62,601 bases of DNA, filler included, from Trichosphaerium sp. ATCC 40318 (GCA_038496445.1; 3 parts of 3 records of this genome joined end to end with filler, not necessarily neighbours in it), one strand, 5' to 3'; shown: positions 20,435-31,863, counted from the whole stretch's first letter. The notes: generated from the sequence alone by a model not told the origin. Made by a program: numbers and translations.

Positions 20435-20615
20435 TTAAGTACTATGTACAGAGATTGGGGGTCTGATTTATAGCAATAGGAGAGCACGCGACTATTTTTC
20501 TGTCGAGTTTTACCATCTATGGAAACGTACAGTGAACGATTCTTGTATTTTTATCAGAAATATTTTTTTCTTGTTTTTTTGGTAGTATACTTACAACAAC
20601 ATCTCTGTTCTTATA

Positions 20616-21668
20616 ATGTCTGTCTCTAGCGTGTCAAATGAAGACTTAAAAACGCTTTTGCTTAATACTACGTCCATTGAAAACCATCCAAACCCGGGTT
20701 GTAGTAGATGCGGAGATGGAATTTATCACTATAGTTTCAGAAATAATGATAAATTACATGTCGGTATTGAACACATTATTCCTTGCCATGAGAGAAAAAT
20801 AAGAGAAGCTAAAGAAAGTGGATCGAGCGATAAAGAAATAAAGAAGTTAGAGGCTATTATTGAAAGGTTTAAGGCTGATAAAATGCTTAAGCAAGCTAGA
20901 GGAATTTATGATGAAATTATGTCAAAAAAAAAGAAAGAACTTGACGATATGACTTCTGATGATCTTCAAATAGCTTTAAAGAAATGTATGTTCAAGCAAC
21001 ACTTGGGTTCTTATGTTTTAAACCCTTCATTTTGGCATAAAACCTCAAACGGCTTTGTTAATCGCGTTTTTCCGGAACACCTTAGCGTTGATACTCTGTG
21101 GAATAAGATTCCTATTTATCACTGGGATTATGTCATAAGAAGATGGGTAGAGTCAAAAGGAAGAGATGTTAGCGCACACGCCAGCTACATCAAGACAGAA
21201 ATACCCTTATCAGAAGTAATGAAACGTGTTGAAAAGTTCGACATTGAAAAAGGTGAAACCAGTCAAGCTACACTCGAACATTTCAAGGTGTGGCTTCAAT
21301 CTGTTCTTGACAGTGACTCAAGTGAGGAAAATGGTTGGAAGCTCCTCACATGCTTCTCGGCAGCTGCAGCGGTTCATGAACAGTGCAACAATGGTGGATG
21401 GGACCAAATCAGAGGGAACTTTAAGCCAATCGCACATCACTTTGCAATTCCTGGATTTCTGTTATGTGGATATCCAAAAGCTGCTAAAATCCTCATTGGA
21501 GCTATTTATCATGATGAACCATGTGGTGATGATGTTGAAAGTATTGCTATGTATTCTCGTTTTGATCTTATCGTGAAACTATGCAAGGCTGTTTTTGAAG
21601 CTAAAGAGGACTCTTTGTCGTTAGCGTTTGTTGCTTCAAAGCATCTTCGCTCAGTAGTTTCTTTGTAG
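20616..21668 (+). CDS. Intronless 350-aa protein with a C-terminal DMP19/DUF4375-like motif
   Basis: Uninterrupted ORF. VHEQCNNGGWDQIRGN...AIPGFLLCGYPKAAKILIGA resembles the EVxNGGFxQ...L..IGA..A pattern of DUF4375. Confidence 0.6.
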   Translation: MSVSSVSNEDLKTLLLNTTSIENHPNPGCSRCGDGIYHYSFRNNDKLHVGIEHIIPCHERKIREAKESGSSDKEIKKLEAIIERFKADKMLKQARGIYDEIMSKKKKELDDMTSDDLQIALKKCMFKQHLGSYVLNPSFWHKTSNGFVNRVFPEHLSVDTLWNKIPIYHWDYVIRRWVESKGRDVSAHASYIKTEIPLSEVMKRVEKFDIEKGETSQATLEHFKVWLQSVLDSDSSEENGWKLLTCFSAAAAVHEQCNNGGWDQIRGNFKPIAHHFAIPGFLLCGYPKAAKILIGAIYHDEPCGDDVESIAMYSRFDLIVKLCKAVFEAKEDSLSLAFVASKHLRSVVSL

Positions 21669-23200
21669 TGTTGTTTTTGAAAATTCAAGTTGGATAGCCT
21701 CAATTTGTATCCACATAAATAAAAAACGAGTACTAATTAATAGCTTGAATGGTTTTATGAGGTTAAATTTAACAGGTATGCTATACGTTTTGGTAAGTAC
21801 CTTGGTGTTGGTACATGCGTGGGTTATGTAAAAAACGAATTAATGTGTTAGATAGCTATCAACATTAACTTGCTCACGTTTATAAAATGAATGAATGGCG
21901 TTTATTAAAGGTCTATGGCTCCATTTAAGACCAACTTTTGGGTAGCTGTTTAGATTTTGGAGCGCAAAGAGTCTGCCAGCATTCAAGGGAATGCCTCATC
22001 AAATCGAGATTGTGCGTTTAAATTTATTGGGCAATAAAACCGATTTCCGCTAAGACAAGAATCCGCTCCGAAGTGTATTTTCGTACATTGGACATGCACT
22101 ATTTTTTTTATTTTTGCTCCGGATATTTTCGGCTTTTGACGGTTGTGTGTCGGAATTTTCCTTGTTTTTCCGGATAACGAGATGAATTATACTAAGGGCA
22201 ATTGGTGTTTTTTCCTTGTTTGGTGAAAGCTGCTGGCAATATGGTGCACTCACATTGCTTAGTGTCAAAGCTGTACCTAATGGCATTGATGTCAATGAGG
22301 TTGGGCAACTGGAAATTGCCTTACCTTAGAGAAACTTGGTACTTGAAAATTGAAGCATGTACCTTTGGTGGTGTAGATTGAAGGAGCTGTACAATGTTTT
22401 TAATGCTCATTTGTTTCCACATTCTTTGAGCGCACTTGTTTTATGGCTCATAGGAACAGGAGGAAGTGTACTTATCTCCCTGTTTATGCAATTGACAATT
22501 GTTGACACCAAGTGTCAAGTGACACTTGCAATGAGTCAGTTTAAGGAACAATTGCTAATTGTACGCCAAAAGCAATCATAGGAATTAATATGTAAAAGTA
22601 AACATGTCCATGCCGTGAAAATTGCATACTGAAATTACAAAACAGATAAAAAAATTTGACAATAGCAATTGGCAATTGCTTTGTACTTACAGATTCGTTG
22701 CATTCCTCCAATGGTTTGTCGTTTGAATTAATCTTGTTGAGGGGATTATTACACCTCTGGTATCTGTGTATATTCTCTTTGTGGCAGTCTGTGCTGATTG
22801 TGTTGTTTCAATGATTCTGAAAACAAAGGTAGCAATTTACAATTGCAGAAGGATACCTTTTTTAGATGGAGCATGTACAGGCTGTGAACAGTACATAATG
22901 CCCCTCTGTTTCTGAAAGGGAGTGTACCCAAACTAAGATGAGCTAATGTTAATGCCATAACAATAAAGAAGTTGTGTTGAGCACCTCAATTGGTACTCAT
23001 TCGTACCATCTTCAAGGTACTGTTTCATGGAAGAGTGCAAGTTTCTCAAAGCTGTTTGTATGTCACTGAATGCATAAGCAATTTGTATTGTACGTCACAT
23101 TAGGTACCCACCTGTAGGACCTTGGTCATATGACAATAGTGAATATCCGGAAAAAAACGTGTAAAGTCGGCGATATCCGTCAAAATCCGAAAATATCCGG

Positions 23201-24674
23201 CCAAAGGAGTCGTCATGAAAAATCACAAGAAAAAAAAAACTGTCACAAATATATTAGGAGGTTATTTTCCTGTCCCTGTGAGAAGCAATTCCGTTGCAAT
23301 TTCTTGTAAAAAACCTTTGGGAGTAAGGGTTCCGTCTTGACACTTATACAGAATAAAAGCAGTTGTGAGGGTGTAGTAAAACCAACCAACAAGAAGTGTC
23401 ATGTTCCATTTTTTGAACCGCCTATCTGTACAATAGGACTTGACCAGCTGGCCAAATTGATCACTATTTCCCTTGGTGTCATCATTTTTATTTTTGAACA
23501 TATCTTTTATTGCTACTGTCAAATGAACTTTTGTCATCATGCATACAGTAGAGAGTGGTGGCCAACTTTACGATTTCATTGCTATTTGTTGCAACAGCAA
23601 CAGTTTTGTCCAATGGTGCCAATCTTGTGTATCCCACAGGCACTTTTTTTGCAATTGATTGCTGCAAGGCCACTGACAGTGGTTGGTATTACATGATGAA
23701 GTAGCGTCTAAGTCAAATTCCCCCGGCTTGTTGAGATCCATGGCTGAACAAAAATTAGAGTCACATGTAAAAAAATGGCACCTTCCAATTGTTTTCGACC
23801 ATTTTGCACATGAAAGAAGGATTCATTTGGTGTGAGATGAGGCTATATCAAAGTATTGATAAAGTCAATCAGATATCTAGTTCGAATCATCGAGACACTT
23901 CAATTCTATGGCCCATGCGTATGGTTTCTTAGTGTTGTGAGTTTTTATATGGCAATTGAAATATTATGATGGAATACAGATTTCATCAGCACAAGTGAAA
24001 TAACCTGGTACCATGTGGCGCTTAAAGACAATCACTAGAAATGAATGTACCATGTTAGCATCAAATTTCATGTTGGCAGAGATGTTGAAGTAGTGATTAA
24101 GTTGCAACAAACCTGTTTTCCCAGTAAATAACATTTGTGCTTCACCTGTGCTCCACAATGTGCGAATATTCTGTATTCCAATAATCCCATGCCATATCAC
24201 TATACCAGAGAAGTTCGTCATATGGGTAGTGATCCCATTTTTTAGGTCAGTGTGATGTTGTTCATATGTGCTTGTGAATAACAAGTTTTCAAAAATCTTA
24301 TTATCCCACTTGAAGGTGAAAAATGCCATTGGTGTCTTGGCTTTTCCAATACCAATAACGTTACGTTGTTTTTTAAGTTTAGTCCAAACGTCTAACACGG
24401 GATAGTCAACATAGGTAAATCCGTAAGGCTTCAATGCTGCTGTCAAAATCGGAGCCCAAAGAAATATTAGTTGCCAGTATCGCAGATGTTATGAAGTACA
24501 TACTGTATGGATTCTCTGTTTGACCGTTTCAACACGCGATCCTTTGGGCGTTTGTCATAATACTTGGAAAAGCCACGGCGTTGTTGCGACATTGGGGAGT
24601 TACGTATTCTTTATTGTGAAATCCACAATTTTTGGGTTTACAAAAGTTGACTTTTTTGATGACGACTCGATGGG
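23201..24674 (-). mobile_element. piggyBac-family DNA transposon, 1474 bp, CCGG target-site duplication
   Basis: TIRs CCAAAGGAGTCGTCATGAAAAA vs rc CCCATCGAGTCGTCATCAAAAA (18/22). CCGG at 23197-23200 and 24675-24678. Encodes a decayed DDD transposase. Confidence 0.88.
23262..24592 (-). pseudogene. Decayed piggyBac-type (DDE_Tnp_1_7) transposase
   Basis: HMVPGYFTCADEICIP, KKPYAWAIELKCL..RYLIDF, HFFTCDSNFCS, KGNSDQFGQLVKSY..RRFKKW..TAFILY..FLQEIATELL: three catalytic Asp contexts, with several stops and frameshifts. Confidence 0.85.
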
Positions 24675-24874
24675 CCGGAGCGAAAGTAAAAAAAATAGTG
24701 CATGTCCATTATAGAACAAATGTCGTCTGCCTACAATAAAGGAGTATTGCATACTAAAGGTGCTTTAAATGGTCTTTTACTTTGGTTTTTTGTGCACGCG
24801 ATCGCCTTAACCTTTTTGGCTTAAATTCGCTTTATCACGTGTTACGAACAGCTCGCCTTCTACTTTTTAATAAA

Positions 24875-27800
24875 ATGGTAAACTCTTTGATTTCTTTGTT
24901 GTTGTTTCTTAAAACCATGTTAGAAGCTTGGAATACTCCTCGTATTCTTCTTTGGCTTATTTTGTACTTCTACATGTTCGCCAGCTGTCAATTTACAGCT
25001 TTTTAACTGTACTGGTGGTGATAACAATCAAAAATGGACTTACAAAGACAGAACACTCATTGTTGGGGTGTGTTGCCATAAACGACGCTTTTGTCAACAT
25101 CTAACGCTCTAACAGGAAGGCAATAACCCCTCTCTTGGGTGCCTTGATTGTGATGGTTGTACTACCAATCTTATACCGCACTCATGGAAATGCGAATCAT
25201 CTACAGCCCAGCAATGGGTAGTAGACCTATCGGCGAAACACACACAAATTCATCCCAAGTCAGACCTGACACTTTGTTTGACTGCTACTGCAGACCGTGA
25301 GGGATCTGTTGTGTGGCTGAGCCATTGTAATCCGGAGAGGTAATAATTGGGTTTTAAAAAGGGTAATGACACGTGATAGTGCAGTACAGCAATGGACTTA
25401 TAACACTACAACAAAGCAGTTTTCTATAAATCTACCTACAAACCAATGTCTTGATGTGGGTTCGGACTTAGATGCCTCTTGCAGCAAGCCTCCTTTGAGT
25501 AGCTATCCATATTGTAACGCTAATATTGGCGCTGAAGAAAGAGTTACCGACCTTGTATCTCGCTTAACGCTAGCAGAAAAAGCGCATTTGTTGATAGACA
25601 ATAATCTTGGTGTTCCAAGACTTGCTGTACATTTGAAACTGCTTCTGAACTCTTTTAATCTTAAGCTGCAGGTGCCACGACTGAAGTTCCAAGAAGCTCT
25701 ACATGGCGTTCATACTATTTGCGGAGAGAAATATAATGGGAATACTGGGTGCCCAACGTCATTTGTTCATGGATTACTGCTGGGTGCTTCGTTCAACAGA
25801 ACGTAAATGTGGCTTCTTTTTCGTTCATTTTTTTTCAAAATTACACCTAGGCTGTGGAGTGCTGTTGGCTCTGCTATCGCCATTGAAGCTCGTGGCTTGA
25901 ATAAACAAGGTATAGCAGGGCTCGTTTTCTGGGCTCCAGATATCAATCTATTCAGGGATCCGCGGTGGGGACGAGGCAAGTGATGTCGATTTATCTTTCT
26001 TTTTCTTGTATTTTCTTTTTGCTCAGTGAAATACAATATAGGCCAAGAAGTCCCTGGCGAAGATCCTTTTCTTACATCTGAATATGTACAGCATTACTCA
26101 AGAGGTGTACAAGAGGGAGATGATCCAAGATACTACAAAGCAATTTCAACAGCAAAACACTTTTCAGACTATGACATAGAAGGCAACGGTGAGGTATGTA
26201 ATAGCCGCAATCTAATATCGGTGTGTTTTATTTTCGCTTCTTGTTACACTTTCAAATGTTTGCATCAATGTTAAGCCACTTGAAAGCATTAGAAACTTTA
26301 TAAACAACCAGAAAAAAACACAATGTTTGATAATCAAATGACTGTCTTTGTGCTATTCCTAGTTTTTTCCCATATTTTTATCAACTTGTTCTTACAATGT
26401 GGTTTCTAATTTTGCATGTAAGGTAGTCCGACAAAGCTTTAATGCTATTGTAAACCTCAAAGATCAAGTAGAATTCTACTGGCCAGCTTTCAGATCAGCT
26501 GTAGAAGCTGCTCATGTAGGTTCAATCATGTGTGCATACAACGCAGTGAACGGCATTCCAAGTTGCGGAAACAATGAATTCATAAATAACGTAGCAAGAA
26601 AGCAATGGCAATTTGACGGATTTGTTGTCTCTGACTGCTTGGCTATTACTGATGGAGCCTTTACAGAGTATATAAAAAAGAACTTTAACGGATCTACAGA
26701 CCAACAAGTACGCGTTGCTATCAACGCTGGATGTGACATGAACTGTGGTCAGTACTTTTCATCATACATACCAGATGCAGTCAAGAATGGTGTGTTGAAA
26801 GAGAAAGACGTAGACAATGCGTTTATATCATCATGGAAGTATCTTTTTATGCTTGGTGAGATGGATGAGGTACTTCTATAGCCCTAGCGCCTCTTTTGTA
26901 CTCACTTTCTCCTTTGTAGAATGTCAGTTACCAAAAACTTGGACCTGAAGTTGTTGACACTCATGAACATCGGCAACTTGCCCTTGATGGTGCTCTTCAG
27001 GGTTTCGTCCTATTAAAGAATGAGGATAACGTATTGCCACTTGCTAAGGATAAATCAATTGCCATCCTTGGACCTCATTTCAATGTAACGATTGAGATGT
27101 TGTCTACTTATATTGGATCTAATGAACTCGTATATAACAACTCTCCTTACCTAGCTTTGAAGAGAAAAGGTGTAAAAATAGCAGGATATGCAGCTGGTTG
27201 TGACTTGATTTCCAACGATACTTCAGGGTTCGCTGCAGCTACAAAGATTGCGAAAGAAGCAGATTACGCAGTTGTATTTGTTGGATTGCATCCTGGAAAG
27301 GGAGGTGGAGCTGCAAGTGAAGGAGAAAGTCATGATAGGGAAATATTAGAGTTGACTGGTGTTCAAACTGACTTAATCAAAGCTGTTCATGCGACTAAGG
27401 TACACTTTCTTGATGTATTCCAGTTGTCACGTGTTTTGGAACAACTTTCTTTTTGTTTAATAACAGTATTATTAGACGCCTACTATTGTTGTGTTGATAC
27501 ATGGTGGCCCTCTTGCTATTGAATGGACAAAGGAGAATGTGCCTGGAATCGTAGATGCTTTCTATCCAGGCGAATTCGGAGGTACTAAAGAACAAGGATC
27601 CTAGTAATTTTACAGCCAATACACAACAGTTTATTTTTTAATTATTTTATAGGAGAAGCAATAGCCTCTATTCTATATGGAGATGTTAGTCCATCAGGAA
27701 GACTACCAAATACAATCTATCCTGCCGATTTCATCAAACGAGACAAAGAGAACATGAACCTCAGAAATGATGGTATTTCTTTTGACAAACAGAACAGAAA

Positions 27801-28460
27801 CAACAAAGTTAATTTACACTCTCTTTAGGTGGTGTAACGTATCGCTACTACACTGGAACGCCCCTGTGGTCTTTTGGTTTTGGTTTGTCTTATACTACGT
27901 TTAACTACACCACTGTACAATCGCAGATATCAGTGTCCGCGGAGGATCTTGCAATCGGACATAAATCTCTTTCAAATCCTCAGCCAAATGTTGGATATGA
28001 AGTAACTGTTAAGAACACTGGACATGTTACCTCAGATGTAAGCGTTCTCGGGTTTGTATACAGTAATCATACAGACTCTCCTATTAAGAAACTATTTGGC
28101 TTCCAACGTGTACACATGCTGAAACCAGGCGCTAGCGAAACGGTAAGCCTTTTTTTTACTTTTAAACTTCACAAACAAGGCTCTTCGTTCTTTTGTGAAA
28201 GAAGGGCCAGTTCAAACGACTGATTTTTCTTCTAAAATTTGCTTGTGTACAAGCGCATGATTTACTGATGAACTGCCTTTTAGGTGTTGTTTACTGTACC
28301 ACCAAGAGCACTTTCATTGGTGGATTCAGAAGGTAATGAGTGGATTAGAGGAGGTGATTATACTGTTACATTTGGTGATGAACCTGCTATGGCCAAAGCC
28401 AAATTGATAGTCCAAGGAGAGGATATCCTTGTTATGGAGTATAGCGCAATGTTCAAATAA
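24875..28460 (+). CDS. Secreted GH3 beta-xylosidase-like glycosidase with N-terminal ricin-B (QxW) lectin domain and C-terminal Fn3-like domain
   Basis: Signal-like MVNSLISLLLFL; QKW/QQW repeats with Cys; [71 protein letters not shown]. Confidence 0.93.
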
Positions 28461-28978
28461 AGCAGCTGTTTATTTGTCCTTTTTTGATTTCTTGTTCATA
28501 AGTACACAGCGTAGGAAACAAATGTATATGATCTTGGTTATTTCACATATGAATTGACTTGTTTGTACGGTGTTTAAAATGCCAAGTTTCTAAACAACCA
28601 AACAGCATAAATTATAATGAAATTGAACTAAATGGTTACGAGTTCATTCCGATTTATACCAACAATACTTTGGAAGAATTTCTATAATATCGTTTTCATG
28701 GCTTAAAGAAACCCAAATGAAACGAGTCTCCTTCAATTGGGTTTCTGACCACTCAAACCAGTTAAAACCTTCTGCCTCCTGCGGAAAGTATCGAACACTA
28801 TTGAAGTCATACAAAGATACAGTTAAACTGTGCACCTGGAGTTTACAAACACAACGAAACACACTGTTAAGATCAGCCTGAGTAACATTTGATGGTTCTC
28901 GTTAAGAAAAACTTTATCTTCCTTAAATGTTTAAGTGATTGATGTGGATAAGTGATAGTTCTTGTACAAGTAAATACA

Positions 28979-30721
28979 ATGGGAGAGCAGTTCAAACATT
29001 TCACTTCATTAAACTACGCTGACCAAGGTAAAGCGTTCCTAAACGTACGTAGATTATTTGATCAAGCAATAATGACACAACACGCTAAGCGTTAACGCTC
29101 TTTTTTTAGGCCTACTGGTCTGAACTTAAAGACGAGGCCGAGAATGTGTGGGTTTGGGCTCATAAATTCGTTGAGTTGGACTTAGATAAAGCTGAAGAAG
29201 GCCGTGATTTGGATGAATTCAAGTACGTATCGTTTCGTTAGCACGTGGGATAAAAGCCACAAAACGTATTTTTTTTTCGCTGTTTCTTGCTGTATTTGAC
29301 AGTCCTTTAGTGCTCATCGCTTCTTGGAGTCACTTGGTACGTCGCAACAAGGCCTTGGTTTTTCTATTTTGTTTACTCACTTAATACGAACTATTATTGA
29401 TCATTATGAATAGGTGAGACCAAGACTATCAAGGCTATGAGAGAGGAAAGCGAAACTGAGCTCTTGAAAAAAAAAGCCTTCAAAACCGTTACTAACTTTT
29501 TGTTTAGGAGATCCTTGACGCAGATATTGATTTCAACAAAAGATTAGCACTCATTGAGTATGCTCTTTATTCTTGCGTTTTGAAAGTAACTGAAATTATA
29601 GGTACTGTTTGTGGCGTTACAAGAAAAACGTTAAAGAGTTTGTGAACAAGCCACAGGTACGTATTATGGCGTTCTTGTCACGTGAATTTTAAAATAACGA
29701 TAATTTTATTAGGGTGAAGGCGAGGCCGTTAAGAAAGCACAGAAGATGCTCGAAGAAGTCCTCACTTTACTTGAGGATGTAAAAGCTAAGGCTGAAGTAG
29801 CGAAACAAGCTGTTGCTGAGGCTAAAAAGTAACTAACTTTTTCTATGTTTTGTTTCGAATGTTCACTTTATTCTAGGACCGAGAAAGCCGCAAGAGAAGC
29901 AGCCGCTGAAGCTAAAGCAAAAGAAGATAGTGCCAAGCAAGATGCAGAGGCAGCTAAGAAAGCTGAAGAAGAAGAAAAAAGAGCAGTCGCAGAACTTAAG
30001 GTAGCGCCATAAAATAACAAATGTGCTTTGATGTTCACGTTTCTTAGGCCCAAGAAGATGCTTATAATAATAAGACTGAAGAGCTCAAGAGGAAGACTGA
30101 AGAAGGTGGTGTTGTATCACGAAACAGAGCAAAGAATGAGCTAGCTCAACACTTAGAACGCAAGTTCTCATTAATCCGTTTGAAACTCCTTTATTTACGT
30201 TCTATTTTTAGAGGATCCTCTTCCGCTCCGTACTGCTAAATTGACTCAAGAAGCGTCAGCAAGAAAAGCAGAAAAAGCAAGAGAAGAAGCTGAAGCTTCA
30301 CATAAACAAGCTGTAGCAGGTACACTAACCATAAAGCTAGATAAAAAGCAAACTAAACACCTTTAGCACGTGAGGAATCTGATGCTGCAGCTGAAGCTGC
30401 TGCCGCAGCTAGAAAAGCTTCTGAAGAGGCTAGCGCCGCCGCTGATGCCGCAGTTGATGCTATGAATGCCAAGGTCAAAGAAGCAGAGGTAAGTATATTG
30501 TTATTGCTTCTTGTGTTGAAGAAGGCTGATGGTTTTTTAAGGCTGAACTTGAAAAAGCAAAGTTGGAACCATGTGGACAAGGAAACGTATGGGTAAGTGG
30601 TTGAGTAATTAGTAGAGTATTCATATACCTAACTCTTACATTTTTATAGTGGGTAGAACGTCGTTTGTTTGAGGCTAAGAAGTACATGCCAATGAGTAAG
30701 GGAGGTATAGCTAAGAAGTAA
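28979..30721 (+). CDS. ABP34-related / 'TolA-like' EF-hand coiled-coil protein (calcium-regulated actin-bundling family)
   Basis: YADQGKAFLNAYW, LDEFNAHRFLESLGET, DIDFNKRLALIEY, A/E/K-rich coil, NRAKNELAQHL..DPLPLR, GNVWWVERRLFEAKKYMP. Confidence 0.85.
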
Positions 30722-31095
30722 AAAAGACGTCCTGGTTTCTTTTAAACACGTGATCTAAATAAAAACTTCGCATATCTAGCCTAGAGTCATGTTTTTCTCC
30801 AGTAAGGATAGTAATAAAAATAGCCTTGGAGCTGATTGTTTCGGGCTTGAAGTGAATTTTAGCAAGAAAAACTTGTTGTCACATTTAATTTGGCCCGTCA
30901 AACACCCAATTCATTCTTTACGTCTTTTGATGGAAAATTTGGAGATGTAGGGTTGATTATATACTATGTTCTCATAAACCTACGGGTATTTTCAATGATT
31001 AGTTGATTTTTTAGCTAAAAATTCTACCCGTTCAAGTTTTGCACACGTGCATTGACTTAATATCAAAAGATAATAAACTGAACACAGGTACAAAC

Positions 31096-31863
31096 ATGAG
31101 TCTACGAAGAGCAAGAAAAGGTTCTCTGACAACAAACATTAATAAACCAATACCCAAGAATTCAAAAAAGGAAGAATCAAGGTGATCATACTAAATTAAC
31201 TCCAAAATAAGCTGTTCTCCATTAACACTCTACTTAGTACAAAGAAGCTCCGACTAAACAGAAGCGTATCAATGCCAGACGAGTTTATTACAAGACCAAA
31301 GAAAAAGCCAAAAAAACGTGCGCTTGCATGTGCTTATGGAGCACTACCTAAACCGCCAACTAAACAAAATAATGCCGAAAAAAATACAAAATCAAAATTA
31401 ATTAAAGAACCGACGCCTTCAGAAGCAATAATCAAGGCGTACAGTGATAGTAGTGCAGTTGACAATAAGACAAAAAGAAAGCGGGCAGTTTCGATGTACG
31501 AAGCGTTGCCTAGACCACGTGGAAAGCGGTCAAGTTTAATGTTCGAAGCGTTACCAACACGTGGAGCCAGAAAACCTGCAAAGAAAACGATCAAAGATGG
31601 TAGAAGGGTGATTTCTAGAGCTACAGGGAAACGAATGCTAAAGCGATCGTTGAGCGAAAACGAAATAATTGAGTTGGAAAAACAAACACCACAACATGGC
31701 GGAAAACGAACAAGGTAAGAAAGAACTCTACTGATTGATTGTTGTTTTCAAGCTAAAATACCATTTTTTCTGACTTTCTTGAAGGCGTAGATCTGTCTAC
31801 TTAGCATATAATAAAGCCAAAGAGGACAGACCACCAAATTGGCGTATCCATAGAGAGAAATAA
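31096..31863 (+). CDS. Basic low-complexity orphan protein, paralogue A (3 exons)
   Basis: MSLRRARKGS..RSVSMPDEF..YGALPKP..RAVSMYEALP..LKRSLSENEI..RRRSVYLAYN..RPPNWRI; same exon structure as paralogue B. Confidence 0.8.

Larger units (their letters stand above)
22086..24711. mobile_element. Older TIR element (~90-bp TIRs, TA on both sides; Tc1/mariner-pogo-like?) whose right TIR is split by a piggyBac-like insertion
   Basis: 22089-22122 matches rc(24675-24708) at 32/34. 22123-22142 matches rc(23177-23196) at 19/20. Inner ends TTTTTCCGGATA (to 22176 / from 23144). TA at 22084-85 and 24712-13. Confidence 0.7.

Noticed and set aside
22990-23135. Cys-rich C-terminal domain of the transposase
   Set aside because: It lies outside the TIR, in the host element, and lacks a convincing Cys/His spacing.
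21700-25050. TTAA-bounded ends for the piggyBac-like element
   Set aside because: No TTAA pair with matching inverted termini was found. The clear TIRs are at 23201 and 24674 with CCGG flanks.
28644-28862. Short Trp-rich minus-strand ORF between the GH3 and ABP34-like genes
   Set aside because: No ATG start, recognisable family or supporting exon structure.
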